In this document: in pieces, positions 27,632 through 37,136 of the stretch
How positions within the stretch are numbered: position 1 is the first letter of the stretch
Layout of the letters: each line of letters starts with the position of its first letter
Source of the DNA: Defluviitaleaceae bacterium
Lineage (GTDB): Bacteria; Bacillota; Clostridia; Lachnospirales; WQUN01
Direction of reading: 5' to 3'
DNA: 64,000 nt
Assembly (NCBI GenBank): GCA_009780185.1
Contig: WRAN01000010.1
Span: forward strand, 6,450-70,449
The notes under the pieces: generated by a model
Databases searched by the model: none
The model's input: the letters and a program-made list of their open reading frames with translations, nothing else
Told to the model about the DNA's origin: nothing
Position numbers and translations under genes: made by a program

Positions 27632-28528
27632 CTATCCCTTTACAGAACCAAGCATTACGCCTTTAACGAAATGTTTCTGTAAGAAAGGATAGATGAATAT
27701 GATTGGCAATGTTGCAAAAATAATTACACCATATTGCAGCGATGCTGTAACAACGTCAATCATCGTATCATCAACTGCGGCCCCGTCCAACCCGTAAAGT
27801 GCAGGGTTATTAATTAGAACAATCTCCCTTAGTACCACCTGTAATGTAAACAAGTTGCGACTTAAAAGGTACAGCATTGGCTGTGTAAAATCGTTCCAAC
27901 GGAATACTGCAATCCAAAGTGCTACTGTAGCCAAAACAGGCTTTGAAAGTGGCAAAATAATTTTAAACAGTATGTGCATCTCGTTACAGCCGTCTATAAG
28001 CCCCGCCTCTTCCAGTTCGGCAGGCAGCTGCTTGAAAAAGGTCCGCATAATAATTACATGGAAAGTAGATATGGCCGTGGGCCAGATAAGTGCCCATAAG
28101 CTGTTATACAAACCAACACTCTGAACTACAAGGAACGTAGGAATCATACCCCCGCCAAACCATAGTGTCAGCACTATCATTCCAGTAAAAAATTTAACCC
28201 CTGGCAAATCGTTCTTGGATATAACATAGGCAGCAAAAGATGTGAGAATAAGATTAACAATTGTGCCGATTATAACGACGAATAATGTATTGCGATAAGC
28301 CAAGAATATAGCACCGTTTTCCCAGATTCTTCGGTACGCTTCAATGTTAAAATCTACAGGCCAAAACCCTACCTCTCCGCGCCGTACAGCATTTGCGCCG
28401 CTAAGGGAAATGGCTGTGATGCGCAAAAACGGAAGAAGAATCACCGCACATAACGCAAGCATAAATGTGATATTAAAAATGACAAATATTTTCCTGGAGA
28501 GAGGTTCTTTTATTCTATTTCTTGCCAT
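27632..28528 (-). CDS. Carbohydrate ABC transporter permease (LplC-like)
   Basis: Start MARNRIKEP behind AGGAGGAC. EAA loop: LEEAGLIDGCNEMHILFKIILPLSKP. Confidence 0.88.
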   Translation of the reverse strand: MARNRIKEPLSRKIFVIFNITFMLALCAVILLPFLRITAISLSGANAVRRGEVGFWPVDFNIEAYRRIWENGAIFLAYRNTLFVVIIGTIVNLILTSFAAYVISKNDLPGVKFFTGMIVLTLWFGGGMIPTFLVVQSVGLYNSLWALIWPTAISTFHVIIMRTFFKQLPAELEEAGLIDGCNEMHILFKIILPLSKPVLATVALWIAVFRWNDFTQPMLYLLSRNLFTLQVVLREIVLINNPALYGLDGAAVDDTMIDVVTASLQYGVIIFATLPIIFIYPFLQKHFVKGVMLGSVKG

Positions 28529-28539
28529 TGGGTGTCCTC

Positions 28540-29499
28540 CTACCACAACGAAGTTTCAGTAGTTTTTTTGCTAATCCTATTGGTGCCCCATACAAATATT
28601 AACGCAATAAGGGAGTTGAATAATCCAACCGCCGACGCAAAAGAGAAGTTGGTTTGGTGAATACCTGTTCTAAATACAAATGTTGCAATAACATCAGCGT
28701 TGGGGCGTGTAGCTTCGTTGCCCAAGAGGAAGTTGCGCTCGAAATCTGAATCCATGATAGAACCCATGCGCAAAATAAGCATGATAATAATTGTAGGCAT
28801 AATAGACGGCAATGTAACATGAAGTAACTGTTTCATCTTACCGGCTCCGTCTATAATCGCGGCCTCATAAAGTTGCTGGTCAACCCCAGCTATAGCTGCC
28901 AGGAAAATAATTGAACCAAAACCTACAGTAGACCAAATATTGGACAGCGTGAAAATAGTCCTATAGTACTCAACCCTACCCAGAAAATTTATCGGATCTC
29001 GACCCATTGACCTAAATAACTGCCCTATGGGTCCCATAGTAGGTGAAAGGATAGATGTTATTAATGAAACCACAACAACTGTTGATATAAACCATGGCAA
29101 ATAGCTGATAGTCTGTACAATGCGCTTAAACTTCATATTGCGTAACTCATTAATCATAAGCGCTAAAATAATAGGCGCTGGAAAAACAAAGATTATCCCG
29201 TAGATACTTAAAACAACTGTATTGACAACTACATTCCAGAATCTAGGGTCTGTAAGAAAATTGCGAAAGTGCGCAAGCCCAACCCAGTTACTGCCCGCAA
29301 AACCTAAGAACGGGCGGAAATCTTGAAAGACTATTAAAAGCCCCCACATAGGCAGGTATCTGAAAACAACAAAGTATATGAACACTGGCAAAAATAAGAG
29401 ATAAAGAAATCTGCGCCTGTAGATTCTTTGCCATAGTCTATTACGCTTTTGCTTTTTTACACTTGGTTCCTTTATGGCTGAACTTACTGCTGATGCCAT
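28540..29499 (-). CDS. Sugar ABC transporter permease (LplB-like)
   Basis: Contains FQDFRPFLGFAGSNWVGLAHFRNFL. EAA loop: YEAAIIDGAGKMKQLLHVTLPSI. Confidence 0.88.
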   Translation of the reverse strand: MASAVSSAIKEPSVKKQKRNRLWQRIYRRRFLYLLFLPVFIYFVVFRYLPMWGLLIVFQDFRPFLGFAGSNWVGLAHFRNFLTDPRFWNVVVNTVVLSIYGIIFVFPAPIILALMINELRNMKFKRIVQTISYLPWFISTVVVVSLITSILSPTMGPIGQLFRSMGRDPINFLGRVEYYRTIFTLSNIWSTVGFGSIIFLAAIAGVDQQLYEAAIIDGAGKMKQLLHVTLPSIMPTIIIMLILRMGSIMDSDFERNFLLGNEATRPNADVIATFVFRTGIHQTNFSFASAVGLFNSLIALIFVWGTNRISKKTTETSLW

Positions 29500-29837
29500 A
29501 TATTAAACTCCCTTTCCTGTGTTTCATTGGGGTGATTTCATAGTGCTTACAATCATTGCCATGTGAGATATGTGCAAACATAGGTGAAATGCCTTAAGCT
29601 TACTGTCACAGTATACGGTAAAATCCTATAATGTCAATAAATTTTCATTTTACCCTTCCAGGAAAATTTATGACATATTTTGAATGGTTATGGTGTGAAA
29701 GTGAGGTTGTTGGCGGGATAGTTGCAAGAAGTTAATATGATTATGTGTAAAAATAGGCAGATCATACTTGCATAACATACTGCCAGTATGAAATACTATG
29801 CCTGTAAAATTACAACAAAACAGGAGGAGGCATTAGA

Positions 29838-31166
29838 ATGAATACTTTAACTCTAGGCGAGAAACTCAAAGAAATAAGAACCGCACAGGGCTTATCTCAA
29901 GACCAAGTAGCAAGAGCCGTTAAAAAATACAAGTCTGATATCAGTCGCTTTGAAAGTGGGCAAGCAGAGCCAAACCAAGATGTGTTAGAGGCCATAAGGA
30001 AGTTTCTTAATATTAGCAATGCCCCGCTACTGCCTCCGGAGTTAGAATTATATAAAGACCGCCTGGCAATATGGGAAGAACTGCTGGACGCTAACAGAAA
30101 CGACGAAGCAAGAACCATGCAGCCAGAGATGGCGAGTATATTAACTCTACCATACGAATATGACCTAATTTTTCAATATATGATGCAAGAGAGCCGACTG
30201 CTGTTTAAAGAAAGAAACCTTTCTAGTATGGCAGCAAGCATGGAGGCTGCTGAGGCACTGCTGGATAATGTAAGCATTAAGGCTCTTTATTTGTATCACA
30301 ACAATAAAGGTTTACTTTACGATATTAATGGTAAATACAAAAGTGCGTTAAATCATTATTTAACGGCGGTTGATCTATTAGGCAGCGATAGGCCAGATTA
30401 CAGAATACTTATGAATATAGCTAGAGTGTATTGTCAGCTGGGCAAGCTGCATTGCGCTATCCGATATGCAGAGTGCGGTAAGCGCGAGTTTCGTGGGGAT
30501 CGAACTAACAAAGATGGAGTGAATTTGAACTTTCTTTTGGCTGATTTATATTCGCATGTTTATGAGTTTGATAAATCTGAGAAAATGTTTAATATTGTCA
30601 TTCAACATGCCAGAAGCATTGACGATAAATTTGCATTGGGTGCGGCTTTAGCCTGTTTAGGAAATATAAATCGGTTACGAAAAAATTATAGTGAAGCGTT
30701 GGGGCGGCTTAATCAGGGATTAGAGATTATAGAGAAACTTGTTATTACAAGCGACAACTGGCGTCGTGATGCCTACAGTCTCACCTATGCACTTTTGACC
30801 ATGATATTCGCTAAAGTGTCCTGTATCATGCGAATGAATAAATCCGATAAGAACAAAAAAGAGTGCCAGGAAGTTATTGCTTTAGGAAGGTCCTATGCCC
30901 AAGGAAATGAAACTTTAACAATTATAATCAATGCTATATCCCATTTAACAACCCTCGACAATCCTGAATCTACACGCTACATTGAGGATGTAGCAATACC
31001 ATACATTATAAACCACTTGCACAGCGAAGCATCTGAGAAAACCTTGGTTTTGGCATTTTGCAGAGAGCTTGTGGAACATTACGAAAAGAAAAAGGCCAAA
31101 ACCAAGCTGGCTAAAATTAAAGCAATAATGTGTGATATATATGAAGATATGTTTTTAGGGGGGTAG
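29838..31166 (+). CDS. XRE-family HTH transcriptional regulator with a TPR-like C-terminal domain (RNPP-like architecture)
   Basis: RBS AGGAGGAGG. Contains LGEKLKEIRTAQGLSQDQVARAV (HTH_3). Helical repeats with A/L/Y periodicity continue to the C-terminus. Confidence 0.8.
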   Translation: MNTLTLGEKLKEIRTAQGLSQDQVARAVKKYKSDISRFESGQAEPNQDVLEAIRKFLNISNAPLLPPELELYKDRLAIWEELLDANRNDEARTMQPEMASILTLPYEYDLIFQYMMQESRLLFKERNLSSMAASMEAAEALLDNVSIKALYLYHNNKGLLYDINGKYKSALNHYLTAVDLLGSDRPDYRILMNIARVYCQLGKLHCAIRYAECGKREFRGDRTNKDGVNLNFLLADLYSHVYEFDKSEKMFNIVIQHARSIDDKFALGAALACLGNINRLRKNYSEALGRLNQGLEIIEKLVITSDNWRRDAYSLTYALLTMIFAKVSCIMRMNKSDKNKKECQEVIALGRSYAQGNETLTIIINAISHLTTLDNPESTRYIEDVAIPYIINHLHSEASEKTLVLAFCRELVEHYEKKKAKTKLAKIKAIMCDIYEDMFLGG

Positions 31167-31290
31167 GCATTTCTTGCATACTGACTTTAAAAAGCGTTGT
31201 AGTAAAAATAGAAATTGATAAAAAATTTTATTAAAACCCTTAAATTTTTTTCAACAAAGCATAACTGTTTCCCAAAATAAAGAGCATTTA

Positions 31291-31327
31291 TCCCTCTGGA
31301 TACCTAAATCCCGAGGGATTTTTTTTG
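31291..31327 (+). terminator. Rho-independent terminator after the HTH-TPR regulator
   Basis: TCCCTCTGGA ... TCCCGAGGGA (imperfect stem) followed by T8. Confidence 0.65.
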
Positions 31328-31422
31328 TGTAAAACTGCCGCATCCAGAAACCTTTTTTTATTGTGAAATCGTTTAGCAGTGGTTATCTTAAGCTCTATCT
31401 TTGTATAAAGGAGTGTTATTTG

Positions 31423-34400
31423 ATGATCTTAGTTAAGCGATGCAAAAAAAATCCACACAACAGATTTGTGCAGATTAAGCGTGTGCTGTTACTGTTTAGT
31501 TTGCTGACAGTTCTGGTAGTGGTAGTTACAGTACTGGCTTATGACGATTATAGTCGGTATTCCCTGTATGAGTTTATGGACAGTGTAACCCCATATGAAA
31601 CTTACATAGAGAGTTGCAATGAGTATGAGGCAAAACATAACGGAGACGATGATGCCTATACAAGTTTTTATAACGAGCCTGAAGATGGTTATACGTCATG
31701 TTCTGAGTATAGTCAATATAATGACTTTAACCCCGAGCATGGGCAGATAAATGAGGAGCCTTACTATAATTATGATGACGAAGACCTTTATATCCCTGAT
31801 ATTACACCGGGGCTTATTGTTAATATATCCGCTGATGATGTAGGCAATATCACCATATACCCTTATATGCCATATAGCGTTGTATTGGATGACAGGGGTT
31901 ATATTCACATCAGCATCCCTGTGGGGCTTGAAAAAGAGAATGTAGGGATTTCTTTACCCTTTTATGGCTGGACATATGAGATAACCCATGAGACTCAACC
32001 AGAGTCAGCAACATATACCATAGTCTCAATTGCGCACACATGGAACAGTGGCGGTTATGTTAATTTTATGCCGCTTGTTATAAATTCACCTTATGGTACA
32101 CCATTTCCTATTAATCCTGGCGCTACCCCATTGGATTGGATTACTGCTATTGGGTCTGCTTTAGATGGAAATCGTGTGATAAGTGTACAAGGCGATGTTG
32201 CAATGCCTAGTAGCACTACCTTTAGTATTTCCGGAAGCAGGAGTGTCATCATTGCCAGCAATGACACCGATTTATCAGATCATACTCATCCCAGCACTCC
32301 ATTTACGATATCGCGTCTTCCTGGTGCTGGAGGTAATGGGCGACATTTTACTGTAAGCGGTGGTGCCACATTAACTCTAAGCAATATTGTACTTGATGGA
32401 AACAGATTTGCTACAACACTTGTAACACGTGGTGGCATAGTTGTTGATAACGCAAACTTGGTTATGCAGTCAGGCAGTGCTATTTTCAACTGCTTTGCAG
32501 AAACTAATGGAGGCGCTATCGAGGTTTACAATGGGTCTTTCGTTATGTATGGGGGCACAATCGGCCATACTAACCTCAATTATGGTAATCGTGCCATCAG
32601 AGGGGGTGGAGTGTGGATTTCCGGCAATGGTGCAAGCTTTCGGATGGATAGCGGCTCGATAATAGGTAACATTGCACAGCAAGTCGGAAACGTCCTCACC
32701 GGAGGCGGCGGTGTGTGGGTAGACAATGGTGCCGATTTCACGATGAATTATGGCCATATCCGTGATAATGAAGTACGGATTGAGCATCCCGTTGGGCACG
32801 GTACTGGTGGTGGTGGCGTATTTGTTACAGGCACCGGTGGAAATATAGATACATCATTTACCATGCATGATGGTCTTATTACAAATAACCACGTAATCGC
32901 TGTTACAGCGGTTGACGGTGATGGTGGTGGTGGCGTAAAAGTTCATGACAACGGTCATTTTATCATGAACGGTGGTGCCATAAGTATCAATCATGCCCCT
33001 CATGGCGGCGGGGTACGTGTAAGGGGTCTTAACGTGCCAGATTCCGAAAACCCCAACCCTTCCTTTGTTATGACCGGCGGATTTATTGAGGATAATGTTG
33101 TACCGGGAAATGGCGGCGGAGTACATATAGCCCAAACCATCTTCACGATGGATGTCGGCGCTGATGGCGCTGGTGGCACAATACGCCGCAATACCGCACT
33201 TATCGGCGGCGGGGTGCGAGTGGTTGGCACGACAACTCTTAATATGCATAGTGGCACAATTTCTTCTAACATTGCTGCCGGTTCTGGTGCCTCCGGTGGC
33301 GGACTTCATGTGCAGGGTGCGAACGCAAGGTTTAATATGTACGGCGGTGTAGTAGGTGGTGACACCTCTATGTATGCTAACACTGCGCCAACCGGCGCTG
33401 GCATGCATATATCCGGCGGTGCGAGAGTTGTTATGTGTGAAGGTATGCTTTATGGGGAACCCACAAGAGGTACAATTGCGCATAACATAGCTACTGGTAC
33501 CGGCGGCGGTGTACTATTGGCCGGTGTTGCTCCTGGGAGCAATATTCCTAGTATGTTTGATTTAAATGCTGGATATGTTCGCAATAATGCCGCCGGAGGC
33601 GGAGCGGGAGTACGTGCTCAAGGGCAAAGCAGATTTACTATGCGTGGCGGCGAGATTCATACAAACCACTCCACTGCCCAGGGGGGAGGAGTAGCTCTTG
33701 CGGATAATGGTACAGCTTTTATTTTGCGCGGCGGTCAAATCCATAATAACGAAGCTACTCCTGCCGGTGCCAGTGGCGGTGGTGGTGTGCGTGTGTTTGC
33801 GAATAGCAGCTTTAGTATGCACGATGGTCGCATCTTTAATAACAGCGCGTCAGCCGGAAGCGGAGGCGGCGTAAACTCAGCCGGCAATTTTACAATGTAT
33901 GGCGGTCAAATCTATGGTAACCGAGCTGCGGTTAATGGAGGCGGTGTGTTTCATGACTCGCCTGCCGCCTTCAACATGCATGGCGGCGTAATCGGCGGCC
34001 CCGCAGATAGCGAAGGTATACCCATCCCTGCCAATGCCAACACAGCCGTAAACGGTGCCGGCGTATGGGTCGCCAGTGGAAGAACCTTCATTATGGCTGA
34101 CTTTGTAGACAGTTACGGTGTTGTACATCCCGCTATGCGCCATATTGAGGGTAATCGTGCAACAGGCACGGCGGCTAACCAAGGCGGCGGCGGTGTATGG
34201 GTGGCGGGTAACGCCAACTTTACAGCGGATGGTGCCCAAATTATCTATAACACAGCCGCAGGCATGGGAGGCGGTATATTCTCCGCAGCCCCAGCCTATG
34301 AATACGCAAGTCCGCTAACACGTATTTCAGGCCCTGATACAGCCTTTGGCAATCTTAATCTTACTAACATAGAGTTCTTTGGTAATAGGGCTTATGCCTT

Positions 34401-35112
34401 ATATCACCCGCCGGTCAACGCGATAGCGGCTACGCCTCATCTTGGGTTTGAAAATACAAGCCAGCCTATAGATCCTGCACCTTATATTGTCCATCCACTT
34501 AATAACTTTGATATAAACTTCCGCGTCCCTAGCGTGTTATTTGAGTTTTATAAAACATGTGGCCGCCTGCATGAATCTCCGCGAGTATTTAATTTACTAC
34601 ACGGCGCACAGTTTAGAGTGTTCCGCACCGGAGATGATAGCGTAGGTACCGGCATGGATGGACTTGTTGTCGTAGACGCGCTAAATAACCCAAATGCGCC
34701 GTGGGAAAATGTGACAATGGAAAGGAGTATAAGTCAAAGCGGCAGTGGTGCCGAGCCTGTGGCGTTTTATATGCTTCCCGGATTCATTTACCAATTGGTG
34801 GAGTATATGGCTCCGTCAGGCTTTCAAATCCCTATGGGGCAATGGCGAATGTGGGTCGACGAAACTGCGCCAGGCGGTATTGCATTTGCCAGTATCGGCG
34901 ATGTGGTCATCCCAGCGTTTATATATATAGAAAGTGCCCCAACTCCCGGGGATGTACGATGGTTTGTGCATAATTTGCGGCAGATCGAGCTGCCTCTGAC
35001 AGGTGGAAATGGTTCCGCAACGCCAGTGATGGCTGTAGCAGGCACTTCACTTGTGGGCGTTGCGTTTTTGGTGGTGCTTATTCTTAATATCAGAAAAAGG
35101 AGGCAACATTAA
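31423..35112 (+). CDS. LPXTG-anchored surface protein with a long Gly-rich beta-helix (Pmp/PbH1-like) repeat region and a Cna-B/SpaA-like domain
   Basis: ATG 31423 lies 8 nt after AAAGGAG, with an N-terminal TM/signal segment. There are dozens of F-x-M-x-GG-x-I-x-x-N / GGGV repeats. NNFDINF and QLVEYMAPSGFQ are present. LPLTG (34990-35004) is followed by a hydrophobic segment and RKRRQH. Confidence 0.85.
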   Translation: MILVKRCKKNPHNRFVQIKRVLLLFSLLTVLVVVVTVLAYDDYSRYSLYEFMDSVTPYETYIESCNEYEAKHNGDDDAYTSFYNEPEDGYTSCSEYSQYNDFNPEHGQINEEPYYNYDDEDLYIPDITPGLIVNISADDVGNITIYPYMPYSVVLDDRGYIHISIPVGLEKENVGISLPFYGWTYEITHETQPESATYTIVSIAHTWNSGGYVNFMPLVINSPYGTPFPINPGATPLDWITAIGSALDGNRVISVQGDVAMPSSTTFSISGSRSVIIASNDTDLSDHTHPSTPFTISRLPGAGGNGRHFTVSGGATLTLSNIVLDGNRFATTLVTRGGIVVDNANLVMQSGSAIFNCFAETNGGAIEVYNGSFVMYGGTIGHTNLNYGNRAIRGGGVWISGNGASFRMDSGSIIGNIAQQVGNVLTGGGGVWVDNGADFTMNYGHIRDNEVRIEHPVGHGTGGGGVFVTGTGGNIDTSFTMHDGLITNNHVIAVTAVDGDGGGGVKVHDNGHFIMNGGAISINHAPHGGGVRVRGLNVPDSENPNPSFVMTGGFIEDNVVPGNGGGVHIAQTIFTMDVGADGAGGTIRRNTALIGGGVRVVGTTTLNMHSGTISSNIAAGSGASGGGLHVQGANARFNMYGGVVGGDTSMYANTAPTGAGMHISGGARVVMCEGMLYGEPTRGTIAHNIATGTGGGVLLAGVAPGSNIPSMFDLNAGYVRNNAAGGGAGVRAQGQSRFTMRGGEIHTNHSTAQGGGVALADNGTAFILRGGQIHNNEATPAGASGGGGVRVFANSSFSMHDGRIFNNSASAGSGGGVNSAGNFTMYGGQIYGNRAAVNGGGVFHDSPAAFNMHGGVIGGPADSEGIPIPANANTAVNGAGVWVASGRTFIMADFVDSYGVVHPAMRHIEGNRATGTAANQGGGGVWVAGNANFTADGAQIIYNTAAGMGGGIFSAAPAYEYASPLTRISGPDTAFGNLNLTNIEFFGNRAYALYHPPVNAIAATPHLGFENTSQPIDPAPYIVHPLNNFDINFRVPSVLFEFYKTCGRLHESPRVFNLLHGAQFRVFRTGDDSVGTGMDGLVVVDALNNPNAPWENVTMERSISQSGSGAEPVAFYMLPGFIYQLVEYMAPSGFQIPMGQWRMWVDETAPGGIAFASIGDVVIPAFIYIESAPTPGDVRWFVHNLRQIELPLTGGNGSATPVMAVAGTSLVGVAFLVVLILNIRKRRQH

Positions 35113-35146
35113 TAGGATCAAATTGCTGTACGGCAGTAATAGACCT

Positions 35147-35236
35147 CTTTCGAAATCACGTTTTATGATTTCGAAAGTAGGTTTCATTATAAGTTTTTTG
35201 CTTCTTCTGAAATCGTGCTTTTTGATTTCAGAAGAA
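35147..35236. repeat. Two related hairpins downstream of the LPXTG gene
   Basis: CTTTCGAAATCA-N8-TGATTTCGAAAG (35147-35178) and TTCTTCTGAAATC-N9-GATTTCAGAAGAA (35202-35236). Neither has a clean 3' T-run on the plus strand. Confidence 0.7.
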
Positions 35237-35268
35237 CTCTAATATAAAATTTAAAGGAATGATTTTTT

Positions 35269-36879
35269 ATGAAAAATATAAATCACTGGAAGAGATTTGC
35301 AATGTGTTCAAAAGTTAGGAAATTAATAGCCTTAACATTAATCATGATGTTAGCGGGTATCATTTTTACTGCTTGCGGTAGCGATACTGCCTCCGAAGAA
35401 GATACACCAACTGAAGCTTACGCCGAAGCTACACCTGCCTATTCGCAGGACATGACAGCCACAACAGACACCGTAATCACTGCCTATCATGTATTAGATT
35501 CCGAGTTTCATGCATTGGAAGAAGTGCGGGAACTTACCATGACAGCGGAGACAAGATTTGACTTGATTGCTGTAGACGGTGCAGTGCTATATGTAACGAC
35601 CTCGCATATTAGGACGGATGGGTTAGACGAAGTTGCAGAAAGCCATTTGTCTCGAGACAGGAATGGTGCATGGGTTTCAGAAATTGAAATGATTTTGACC
35701 GGCGGCATGGCTTATATGGATATAAACTCGGCCTTGTACCTTGTCATGGTAGAAATGCTTAGCGATTTGGCGTCCCTTGGACTTTCTATGGAGGACGTTC
35801 CGTTTGTTGACATCGTCGGCCCATATACACATATGCAATACTGGAACGAAATGACGGGAGCAGCCATAAACGAGGAGCGGCTCGGTATCTATGGTGCTTT
35901 TACAGATGAGGTATTGGAACATTACCTAAGTCAAAATAGTGAAGGTGTTTTCCGCATTGACATTGCAGGCGAATCTGTTGGCAATTATATTAAACCAGTA
36001 TTGGAAGCTATGAGCCTAGACGACGTTAGTCTTACGCTTCTATCTTTGCAAGCTGTTGCTGATATTGATGATAGTTTATGGGTAGCATTGGAAGACGATT
36101 TTGCCGGCTGGTTACGTGGCGGCAATTTAAGCAGTGCGCGGCTTGTTATCGAGCGTGCATGGACTGATGGCAACACAGCTCATCAGAATATCGAGCTGTA
36201 TATTCCTGGGCGAATATCTTTAAGGCAAGATGGTACCGTTGTTGTGGGTAGAAGCACACCTATTACAGCTCCAAGCCAGTTTCTGACGGGCGAAGAATTG
36301 GGTATGCGTATTATGGAATGGATAATGAGCCTTATGGAAGAGCCTGGATCAGAAATGCCATCATCATCAGAAAGCGATATAAGAGATGTGGCAAGTTTTT
36401 GGGTGGAGTTGGATAATGTTCGTTTCGCGGTAGGTCAAACGGTTGCGGATTTTGAAGAAACTAAGTTTGAAGTTGCGCCTCATCAACAAGAAGTCGTGGC
36501 AGGTAATATTGCCGCAAACACAATTACATCAATCACATTCCAATACCAGACATCAGCGGGCCGCATTGCCACCTTTACGGCTGGACTTATAAATCCATTT
36601 AGTGTAGAAATTCCAATGCGTGACGCTATTATAAGAACAATCGTTATTGATAGTTTTACTACACGACTGATGGACAGCAATTTGTTTATAGAAGGCATTA
36701 TAATTGGAGAAACAACCCAAGAAGAAGTTATTGCCCTGTTTGGAGAGCCTGATGACAGTCAGGGCACAACCATTATGTATCGGTCACCTAATTGGGCAGG
36801 GTTTACTGGGTCAAGTGCCGAGTTTACATTTTCTGATGCTATTTTATCCGGTGTGAGGTTTATGTCATATGATGTATAA
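35269..36879 (+). CDS. Hypothetical lipoprotein (536 aa)
   Basis: Signal and lipobox LIMMLAGIIFTACGSD. No family motif recognised. Confidence 0.7.
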   Translation: MKNINHWKRFAMCSKVRKLIALTLIMMLAGIIFTACGSDTASEEDTPTEAYAEATPAYSQDMTATTDTVITAYHVLDSEFHALEEVRELTMTAETRFDLIAVDGAVLYVTTSHIRTDGLDEVAESHLSRDRNGAWVSEIEMILTGGMAYMDINSALYLVMVEMLSDLASLGLSMEDVPFVDIVGPYTHMQYWNEMTGAAINEERLGIYGAFTDEVLEHYLSQNSEGVFRIDIAGESVGNYIKPVLEAMSLDDVSLTLLSLQAVADIDDSLWVALEDDFAGWLRGGNLSSARLVIERAWTDGNTAHQNIELYIPGRISLRQDGTVVVGRSTPITAPSQFLTGEELGMRIMEWIMSLMEEPGSEMPSSSESDIRDVASFWVELDNVRFAVGQTVADFEETKFEVAPHQQEVVAGNIAANTITSITFQYQTSAGRIATFTAGLINPFSVEIPMRDAIIRTIVIDSFTTRLMDSNLFIEGIIIGETTQEEVIALFGEPDDSQGTTIMYRSPNWAGFTGSSAEFTFSDAILSGVRFMSYDV

Positions 36880-36885
36880 TAAAAC

Positions 36886-37027
36886 CTTGGGACTCCGTCC
36901 CAAGCCCTGCAAACTTTTGAAAAAGTTTGATCAAAATTTTAACTTAAAATCGCGCATACGCGCGATTTTGATTTTTGATAAAGTTTTTGGTTAGGCTTGC
37001 TGCAAAAAGCAACCCAGGGTGTGGGGG
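36886..37027. repeat. Repeat family R2, copies 2 and 3 in inverted orientation flanking an AAAATCGCGC-ATAC-GCGCGATTTT hairpin
   Basis: 36886-36940 holds the CTTGGGAC-TCCG-TCCCAAG hairpin plus AAACTTTTGAAAAAGTTT. The reverse complement of 36974-37027 aligns with 6888-6936. Confidence 0.7.
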
Positions 37028-37136
37028 ATACTCTAGCGAAGCTTGCGGGAGGGTGGAGTCCAGTGGTTTCGCATTTCGTAAATCTATATGTTCCGATACT
37101 TTTGAAAAAAGCGTTCGCTTTTATTTTGGTGAAGGG

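Noticed and set aside
31174-31218. A 14-codon TTG ORF (MHTDFKKRCSKNRN) just after the HTH-TPR regulator, considered as a PapR/NprX-style peptide gene.
   Set aside because: It has a non-ATG start, is too short, lacks an export signal and has no hydrophobic segment. Nothing distinguishes it from chance.
35051-35242. A 63-aa ORF between the LPXTG gene and the lipoprotein gene.
   Set aside because: It overlaps the end of the LPXTG gene. It consists of two hairpin repeats read through, has no RBS, and its translation is hydrophobic, low-complexity sequence dictated by the palindromes.
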